Below, in pieces: positions 53,901 through 64,000 of a stretch of 64,000 nt of DNA (positions are counted from its first letter, which is position 1; each line of letters starts with the position of its first letter). The stretch comes from Trichoplax adhaerens (taxonomy: Eukaryota > Animalia > Placozoa). The stretch lies in the NCBI RefSeq assembly GCF_000150275.1, contig NW_002060943.1:6316299-6380298 (forward strand). The letters are read 5' to 3'. A program made the translations under genes and the position numbers. The notes beneath the pieces were generated by a model, which was not told the DNA's origin, did not search any database, and was given only the letters and a program-made list of their open reading frames with translations.

Positions 53901-56900
53901 GTTGATTGAGTTAGCAATGGTTTTAATTTTATTGGTGCATCGAAATTATTTAGTCAGTTGGATGCCTTTTAAGTCGTTATTAAAATTTTGATAGACGATT
54001 AATTAGTGGAATGTACTAGTCATTTTATTGATTTTTACGATCTTGTAATTTCATCTATACATACATTGATAATTTATAAACCCTGAACGCGACTGGATGC
54101 AGAATAGAGTTAGTAAGTTTATTTCTTTTCTGATTGTATTTATAAAGAATTTTGGCACAGTAGATATATTTATATCTGCCAATTCTCTTAGAATTCATAT
54201 AGTTCAGGAAGTACTATATATGGTGAGATTTATTATTGTAAAGTGTAAAGTGCTTCCTGTTTATTGGGTAGACAGTGGTTGGTCTACCATTTTGATTTCT
54301 TGAATAGATCGTATAGTTTAATTCCGACAGTTGTAATAATATTAAGTTGCTGTTAGCCTTCTAAGATAGGAAGGAATGACTTTAAAGAATTATTTGTATA
54401 ACTGAAGGATGGGTAAAATGTACCTCGTAAGTTCTTTAGAACGCTCATGAATAATATTTGCACCGTTGTATAAGTTAAAATTGCTGAAATAGCAAACTAG
54501 ACTGCAGTTTATATACCTTCTGTGATATGATCGTCATTTTCTGCAATTTCTGTAACCATTGTATACCTCTCATTAAAAAAGCAACAATTTAATGATGGGT
54601 GTGATTGTAACATGCACATGGTTAGAATTAAATGATCGGGTGGGATTATAATAGATAGCAGATTTATTTTTATTTCTTATACTCGTAGGGTTGCTGCATT
54701 GTATGCTGTATTAGTTTAGCATTAATAGCTACTAAAAATTTACGTAGTTAGTTACGCAAATTAAAAGTTAACTTAGATATATAAGATTTCAATAGCGAAA
54801 ATAAAAGCTACCGCGGAAGACTATTTCATTTCAATTGCATCACGTTGTAAATTCCATGCGTGTTCATTAACAATTTAAGATCTACTATAGACAATAGGGT
54901 AAAGGAAAAATTTTCTTTAATAGATTTTATTTGTTTTAAATATTACTAGCCATAGTGGCTATTATTTCATCGAAAAGTTATCGCGCATTTATACAATTTG
55001 ACAACTACGACTTTATAAGTACGCGCAGAAGGAAATAAGTGTTTGATAATGTTCGCCAATGATAAATACTTTTGATTTATTACGATAATCAAGCTAAAGT
55101 AAATGTAACTTAGTTTATTTCAAGATTTTTACATTACCTACTGTATTTAATCCTAGGCCATCAATTAATCAGAAACTAGTAACCAGAAGTAGTTCCCGTC
55201 TAACTAAGCTTACAAAATTGATATTTTAACCTACAGTAAAGACTAAATAACATAATCTTAAAAAGTTAAATTTATAGATCAATTGTATCATTTAAAGAGG
55301 GTGCTATTTCCGATTTATGAATAAAAACTATCTATTACTTTGTAGGTTACCCTGATCTTGAGATATTACTAGAATTAGCTTGGTTAGCCTTTATATTCAA
55401 TATCTATATTTGATATACAGTAAGAAGGAAGTAAATTTCCTTTTTTATGCAGCAACCAAGAGCGTTTACTAGTGTGACAGTGTTATACACTGTATTAGAG
55501 TAGAAATATCTATGTTAGGATAATTCTGTTAGCCTATCCTTATTTAGTTAACTTCTAATTTGGATATACTGTGTTTTAATATAGCACTGACTTTTAATGA
55601 CAGTGACACCTATACACATACTTAAATTAATAGCCATAATAGGGAAAGCAAATTATTTACTTACAACTCGAATCATTGTGATTGTAACTTACTTATGGTA
55701 GATTGTAAATTATCTTGGAAATGTTCTGTGATAGGACATATCGTAATCTGACTATTCTGTATTAGTCATCAGATGTCTATGTTCGTAAATACTATTGTAT
55801 ACACTAAGGAAGCAGGAGCTAAATTAATATCTAATTCAGTAAATGATTCCAAAGTTAATCGTACTAACTATGACTCCTGAACTATTGAGGAAGAGTATAT
55901 AAATGCAGTATATCGTGTAATAAAGTCGATTCTTAAACTTAGTATTTAACGTAAAATACGAAGCGTCTAAGTCATTGTGTAGTCTGCTAGTAGAGTAAAA
56001 GTGTTTTTGATAGTGCAGATATCGTTCCTTGATACGTCGTTCAAAGAATTAACTTATTGATCGTACATTACATTATCTAGTTGCAAAGCTGTTTTGTGAC
56101 AACTAGTAACTAAACTTCAAAGGCCAAATTAAAATATGCTGACGAGTTTGATGCCTCAAAATTATTTCCTGCTTCATTACTATGCAAATTCTGATTTATT
56201 TAATACTAAGTCAGCTTTCTTTATAATTTATAGTAGTCGACATGATAAATATTCGTGTTTTCGGTCCTTTAAAGGCAACATCGAGTCTCTAATTTTTAAA
56301 TTGCTTTACTTTCACCGAATCGATTAATTTGAGGAATAATCAGGTTTTCAACCTTGATAGCCAACATTTAATGATTAATTACTATTCTAGCTGATTATTT
56401 TTACGAATACGTAAGTGATAATTAAAATTTTACACTTTAACACGAAAATAATATATTAACGTAAATTCATTTTGAAGAGAGAAACGCTTGATTTTATTTT
56501 ACCCGAAAAAATAACCCAGTTTTCCCGATTTAATTAAGAAAAGCAACACATATAAACTAAAAATCGATTTTACACAAAAATTAGCAAGGAATAGAACCTT
56601 AATACTTGATCAAAAATAAGTACTATATTCAAACTATTTTTCTATTTTCTATTACATAATCTAAATGATGTTAAACTCATCCTGGATTAATATATCTGAA
56701 AATATTGAAAGTTACCGAAAATAATCTCAAGTATTTTCTTCTTTATGATATACGAGTATATGAGGATATTGTGGAATTAATTGGCACGGGCGCCATTTTG
56801 TTGTTTTAATACGGCTTATGATATATTTAGTAACAATGCCTCTTTATTAGTGATTAATTATCATTTATAAGAAGTTATGATAGTTCACTAAAATCAACAA

Positions 56901-59900
56901 TTTTGCTTAAAAATAGACATTAATAGGACAAAAATATGGTTATCGTCCATTTCCTACTCGTGTATTATTAGAACATTTTGACTGTCTTCGCCAATCTATG
57001 TTACTACATCAAGAATCCGTCCAGCTTCTCGATGAATGGTTTAAGAAGGATGATAATGCAGTACCACCAGTTTATATTTTGCAACCTATTTCAAGTCAAT
57101 TACTTCATTATAATGACCCTTCAGAGCCGGAATTACAAGCTAATGATCGAAAAGCATGGTGGAATATCTATTCTCAGTTGCAATCATCCTTAAATAGAGC
57201 AGCTAAAAAATTGAAATTGATAGGAAAAATGGATCAAAGAGTTGCTGAACAGTTTGAAATATCAGGTGAGCCATAACTAGTTATATGGCATATCTTCATT
57301 AAAATTTATATTCTCTGACTAAAAATCTATATCCATATTGATGCTAGAATAATTAATTGCCGAAAATCACAGAATACCTTAATTTCTAATATAAGAAAGC
57401 TAGTCATTACGCCAATTTCTATATTTTAAATCATTTACAAGCTATAGCTACACGAAGATTTGAGATATTGATGAGATAAAATGGCATTTAGTTATGATAT
57501 CGAATTATATGAGGTATAACGATTTGATTATACAGTATTAAAGAGTTTGCTAAATTTGAGCTTCTAAATTATCTATTGTAATGCTTCTAAATTTTTCGAG
57601 ATTCACAACAGTTAAATAATTGTTTACATCCCTTTTAATTTAAGCAATTGAGAATACTTTAGTTACATTGTTGATTCAAATTTATAATATGATTTTTAAG
57701 CTATTACTGAATCTGCATTTGCCTGATAGTATATATTTCTTCTGTGTTCAAATTGCTGCCTGAATTTGGTTACTTTAACACATTAGTTGCATGAATGTTG
57801 GGCCATATTAAATTCATTATCGTAAATTTATGCTAATTTTCAAAATTACTTCTTATTCGTTTATTCCATAGTAGTTTATAATATTAAAGATAAAATAATG
57901 TAATCCCATTTGTTTATGAAACCATTGCGTAAAATCAATTAATTATTGCGGTAACTCTAGGTTATAGCAAGAATCATAAAGAACTAATCTCCACTAATAT
58001 AAATAAATACAGATATAAATAAATATTAAATTGGATATTACAGTATATTAAAATTCGCTCTTTGATATCACTTAGCTCATTTAGTATAACTAATTTATAT
58101 GAAATCATTTTGATTATTGCAGTTACGCATCGAGAAATTAGGCAAGGTATTTTAGATGTGGAAAATTGCACAAATGATCAATGTATTTGTTTTGTCCGCA
58201 AAATTTCAAATCTTGAAGAAGATTTATCGAACGATAATGTCCCTGCATATATTGATTTAATACATGGGGAAAACGAGATTAATACAGAAGCTACCGATTT
58301 ACTTTCATCACTTTTAAATGATCAAATTAAAGAGAAATTAAATGAATCACAAATATTTTATTTTCAGTTGGATTGGAGTCCAACTGGTATTGATCCTGAT
58401 AATAATGAAGATCATGAAGATTATATACGAGAATTTTGTGAAAAATTTTATTTAGTCATGATCAGAATGATTGACAAAGGCATAGAGAAAAATCAGCAAT
58501 TGCCATTTGACGATTCATTATATGAAGAAGTATTAGGACATTTATCATTTTGCCAACAACAATGTCAATCCTTTCACGGTCGCCGCGATATTTTACAAGT
58601 TGTTGAAAGTTATATTGACAAGGGCTGTAGAGACCATGATGAATCTAATGAAACATTAAAGAAATCTCCATTGGTTGTTTATGGTGAATCTGGCAGTGGA
58701 AAAACATCTATTATGGCTAAATGTGCCCAATATACTAAAAATAAATATCCCAGTGCAAATTTACTGCTACGTTTTCTAGGTACATCGCCCGATAGCTCAT
58801 CTATCCGTAAATTATTAGCATCACTATGCATTCAACTAAGTCGGTTATATGATCAAGATTTAAATTGCATTCCTAACGAGTTTAGCCAATTAATTGGTTA
58901 TTTTTCCACTTTAGTTAATCGAATACCTAAGGATAAACCGCTTGTAATCATATTAGATTCGTTGGATCAATTGCTACCTTCAGACGGTGCCCATCGAATG
59001 TCATGGATTCCAAGAATATTGCCACATCATGTTTCTATTTTATTATCTACTTTACCTTCAGAATATAACTGCTTGAATATTTTAAAGAAAGTATTGCCTC
59101 ATGATAGTCAATACCTTGAAATTCAATCCTTACCCGTTGATGTTAGCCAAGAAATTTTAACGGATTGGTTAGCGTCTAATTCAAGAAAAATAAACGATCA
59201 CCAAATGGATGTTGTCAGACGAGCAATCCAGAGTTGCAGTCTACCATTATATTTAAAGTTGGTTTTCGATCAAACAGTAGCCTGGCATTCATATGATAAA
59301 ATTAGTAGTAAACATCTTCCGTCTACAATTCCATTAATGATTGATGCCTTACTAGATCGACTAGAACGGATGCATGGAAAAGTGTTAGTATCGCGAGCCT
59401 TAGCGTACATTACTGCTACTAAATCAGGCTTAACTGAGCCTGAATTAGAAGACTTACTGTCTTGCGACGATCTTGTCTTACAAGATGTCTACCAATATTG
59501 GTTGCCGCCTGTACGCCGTATTCCACCTTTACTGTGGACTAGAATTAGGAATGATATTAATGAATATCTTGTCGAGCGAGAAGCCGATGGCAGTCAAGTT
59601 ATATATTGGTATCATAGGCAATTTACTGAAGTTGTACGTCGACGTTACTTAGATAATGATAGAATCAAGAAAGAAATTCATAGTTTGTGCGCTGATTACT
59701 ACATAGGTAAATGGGCTAACGTTAATAAACCTTTCGAATATACACCTCAACAAGTTGAATTATTCCGATTAGATAGTCATTATGGTGAAGCGGATCGTAA
59801 AGTACCTAAACAACCATTACTATTTGAATTTGAAGGCGATGTCAATGCTAGTAAAAAGAAATATAATAGAAGAAAATTAAGTGAATTGCCCTACCATTTA

Positions 59901-62900
59901 ATTTATGCAAATAGGCTAGTAGAAGCCAAAAGAATCGTATTTTGCTCATATAACTGGCTATTGACTAAATTGAAAGCCACGTCGATCCAAGAAGTATTAA
60001 ATGATTTTGTTCTTGCCATGGAAATTCAACAAGATGTCGAACTGAAAACTGTTTATGATATGATTCGCATGTCAGCATCCACTATTATTCATGATCCTCG
60101 CGATCTTGCGCCAGAAATTGTTGGCCAACTTTGCGATTTAACAAGTAGCCAATTTCCATGTATACAAGAATTGGTGAATACCGCGCGAACTGAGGGTATT
60201 AAATCAGCGCCATTAATGCCCGTTCGGGGTTGCCTACCCTTACCTGGTGGTCCATTAAGATCGACATTAGAAGGCCATACTGATCAGGTTATCAGCCTAG
60301 CTGTATCTAGTAATGGCATTTTTCTTGCTACTGGTTCAGTTGATAAAAATATTCGCATATGGGATTTAAATAGTGGTAGTTTAGTTCATGTTCTAATTGG
60401 CCATTCAGAACCTATCCATCGTGTACATATTTCACCGGATAATCGTATGGTTATCGGCTATTCCTATATAGGTGAATTTATGAAAGTTAAATCTATCGTT
60501 GTATGGAATTTAGAATCAGGTAAACGCTTATATAATTTAAAAGGGCATACTGGCGGCCATTGCCCATTAGTATTAACTCATGATAGTCGTTATGCATTAT
60601 CAGCATGCCTTTATCGTTGGAAATTATGTAAGATGCTATCCATTCAAGCGCTTACAAATGCCGACAATTCCGGCGATGAAGACGAAGTAATTGATGAAAT
60701 TAGTGAAAATGAACAAACTCAAATGACAAATGATGATAGAGAGAGTAAAGATACGGAATTAAACGATCATACAACTCAAGATGATTCAGAAGGTAGTAAT
60801 CATGGCAGCATTAAAAATAGTAGTCATGAAACGATTAATCAATTAGATGATGATGATTATACGCAGCCTGATGATCAGGAAAAGCGCTACTATGAAAAGA
60901 AAAATTTTATTCTCTTGAAATGGGATTTAGAAACTGGTCATTTAGTTTATTGGATGGAAGCCCATACCGATGATGTCGAAGATATGGCCATTGCTACTGA
61001 CGATAGTTTTATTGTTACTTGTAGTCGTGATAAAACAGCAAAAGTATGGAGTTTAGAGACGCATGCTTGCTTAGTAACTATTATTGAGCCGCACTTAAAG
61101 GGAATTATGTCACGTTTATGCTTAACATCAGACAATCGCAATGTTCTTATAGAGGCATTACATCTTGGTGTTTATTCCATTGAAACTGGTGAACGATTAT
61201 GCGAGCTTGAAGATCCTAAATTTTCGGCAACTATTGAAAGCTTCTCCTTGTCCGAAGATAATCGATTATTATTATTAACCGACGTTGGCAATCATATCAA
61301 ATGTTTTAATGTCCAAACTGGTGAATTTATCAGTCGCATTGATGAGCAAGATGGTAAAAGTAAAATGCGACATGGTGGAATCATCCCAGGTACAACATAT
61401 GCCGCTGTAACCTTAGGAACGAAAGTGGCTAAAGTTTGGGATATGATCAGTGGTGATTTGGTAGCTACGTTAACTGGTCACACTAATCGTATTACAACCA
61501 GTCTTGTACTGGGCGATTTAGGGGAACCTTTACTAGTGACAGCATCAGAAGATCATACTGCTAAAATTTGGAATTTGTCCAATTTAAATTCATTACAGGA
61601 GGATAAGAAAACTGATTTCCATGAATCGAATGTTAATTTTGTACAAATTTCTAAAGATGGCTCTTATGTTGTCACAGGTTCACAGGATAAAAAGTTCAAG
61701 AAATGGGATATCGAAACAGGCAAATTAATTCAAGAAATGGAAGTATCTGTTGGTGTAATATATCAGTTGTACTTGATGCCTGATGGTAAGACAGCCTACG
61801 CATTTCCATTTCAAAAGTCGACAAGATTAACTTTTGATTTAGAAGAATTTAAATTAATTGAGACAAGTCTATTAAAAATGACACAAATTATGACAGCATG
61901 TCTATCTTATGATGGTCGCCATTTAATGGGAATAACTTATGATCAAGTTTTAAAAGTGTGGAATACACATGATTTTTCAATTGTATCTGAAATTAAAAAA
62001 TCGCATGTTACACATATTAAGTCGCTTAAATCCAATTACTTTTTGACCATGTATCGCTCTCAATTTTATGATGAAAGTGGTGATACTAAAGTTATTAAAG
62101 CCTGGAATTTTGATAAAAATGGTCAGACAATTAAATTATCAGGCCATGCTGGTCGTATCCAGTGCTTTACATTAACCGATGATGAACGCTATTTACTGAC
62201 TGGCGCAAATGACAACAGCGTCATCATTTGGGATTTATCCAATTTAACCATCTATGGCAAGCTATTAGGACATACTGAATCTGTTCAGTCCGTTGTAGTA
62301 ACATCGAAAGCACGCCTTGCTGCGAGTGGATCAAAGGATGCTACAGTTCGATTATGGGATTTCAGCTCAAATATATGCCGCTTAATACATACTTATCAGG
62401 GACATCAACATGTCGTTGATCATGTTTCATTTTCACCTAATAATACGTATATCATCTCCTTTTCATCAGAGGAGACTGTAGTAAAAGTGTGGAGTGTTGC
62501 AACAGAAAATTTAATTGGCGATTTCCACATGCATGCTAAAATGCATACTTATGACATTAATGATATGAATCGTAAATTGATAATTGGAACTAATGATGGC
62601 AGAGTAATCTTACTAAATATCTACGATTTATTTCGTAAGCGAGCTGGAACTAAGGTAGTAGGATGGAAAGATTTAAAGGTAAGAATAGGGAATGTAGAGC
62701 GAAAATATATCGTACTTTACAAGCAAAATACGTATTGGATTACATGTTTAATAACGAGACCTGGCAAAATAATCTTCTGTACATAAACTAATATCATTAT
62801 AGATCGTAAACAATTTTATTTTAAAGGTAGTCATGCTTGATGTTCCAATAATATCATTTATCAGATTACTAAATTTATCACAAACTTCTAAAATATGTCA

Positions 62901-63362
62901 TCATCTAAGTTTTGCTATTGGAAGTAATTGATGAGAATGCAATTTTTGTTTAAAGCGTAAGCGTTAACTAATTAAATAATTAAAAAAATTCATCATTACT
63001 CGTTATAAGTCAGTAAATTATCGGCATTACTAGCTTTTATTCAAATAATGCAATTACAGGTGAATATGATGTGATTAATGATTTAAATTTTGTACTCTCA
63101 ATAGGCTAAATCTAGACCTAAATTCAAATTGAGTAATCCTGAGAAGGAAAATGGAAATATTAAAGACTCAAATCACATTAATAATAATTTGGAAAATTCT
63201 AATGAAAACCTAGAAACTTCTGAAAGGCCTAGACTTGACTCTAAGTCTTCAACGAATAGTAGTAAAGGTATTTTACGCAACTCTATTACGACTCCACCGC
63301 CTGAAATTTTGCAGTACAATCCTCCAGAAGTTCGCGCATCTGCTTGCTGTGTAATTTCTTAA
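50998..63362 (+). CDS. NWD2-like: NACHT and WD40-repeat protein, paralog B (~1825 aa): DUF4062/TIR-like domain, NACHT, WD40 propellers, tail, CaaX. Exons: 50998-51106, 51955-52160, 56917-57265, 58123-62678, 63105-63362
   Basis: In-frame joins (5478 nt); VRAFISSTFTD..ERN..VDMRWG..CLKEI..LIGQKYGYRP; Walker A GESGSGKT (58683-58706); Walker B IILDSLDQL; RRIPPLLWTRIR; RKLSELPYHL; WD40 repeats; ends ASACCVIS*. Confidence 0.93.
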
Positions 63363-64000
63363 TTTAAATTCTACGTCGGCTTCATTGTCACAAAAATAAT
63401 AGACTTCAGTTTATTATTTAAATCTCATAACTTTCATAATGTAGATAATTCCATTTCATTGTAAATAATTTTCAACCATAGTTAATCCGATAGGAAAAAT
63501 GGTTTTAGATACTAATTTGTAAGGAAAATTAAGCTAACAATGTAGATATGATTTAACTTATTCGGTGATCAATTTTACATTTTCGAAATTGCAATTTTAT
63601 TCCATTGTAATGCGACAGATTTTAATAATTTGTACCATTGATCTTGTTTATCTGCTTAGTAATTGAGACTAATTTAGACTCAGGACATTACTTTTATGCA
63701 GTATGGCATTGTGCATTTTTCTTTCCAATTTTATAAATTATAGTGAAATAGCATCTAAATTTTCAAAGATAAACAATGCGGCACTACATCTTTATGAAAT
63801 GAAATTTAAAAATACACACCTACTTCACGTCACCAGCAAATACTTTGAATGCAGTTTTTATTATACTTTACAATCGTAATCATCAATCGAAATTATTTTA
63901 AGTAAATTTGAATAGTATGGTATTAGTTGAATGTTTTTCTATGCTCATTGAAGAAATAGTAAGTATTATTTTAATGAACTAATAGGAAAGATATTGAGGT

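Noticed and set aside
62679-62786. ORF-track ends of paralog B (C-terminal ..KIIFCT and N-terminal MISLSS..)
   Set aside because: Intron read-through; the donor AAG|GTAAGA at 62678 and the acceptor at 58122 define the real exon

Overview
AT-rich eukaryotic genomic DNA with many very short GT-AG introns, from a compact-genome animal (style suggests a non-bilaterian such as a placozoan; inference). Five spliced genes were reconstructed by hand: the 3' part of a Dicer (+, ends 4157), condensin II subunit NCAPD3 (-, 13623-5123), ARF6 (+, 20289-21300) and two tandem NWD1/NWD2-type STAND NTPases (+, 29110-42409 and 50998-63362) with a DUF4062/TIR-like, NACHT, WD40 architecture. NCAPD3 and ARF6 diverge from an island holding a TACAG/CTGTA pentamer array, palindromes and outward-facing promoter motifs. 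The best candidate for an undescribed system is the NWD pair. Correct splicing ends both proteins in double-Cys CaaX boxes (SSCCIIF, SACCVIS), each gene has a near-perfect RFX X-box about 1.5 kb upstream of its ATG, they share a ~5-kb intron at the same codon, and one copy has an eroded N-terminal domain. This suggests a pair of lipid-anchored, possibly ciliary, NLR-like receptors; it is a hypothesis, not shown. No tRNA, rRNA, CRISPR array or transposase was recognised.
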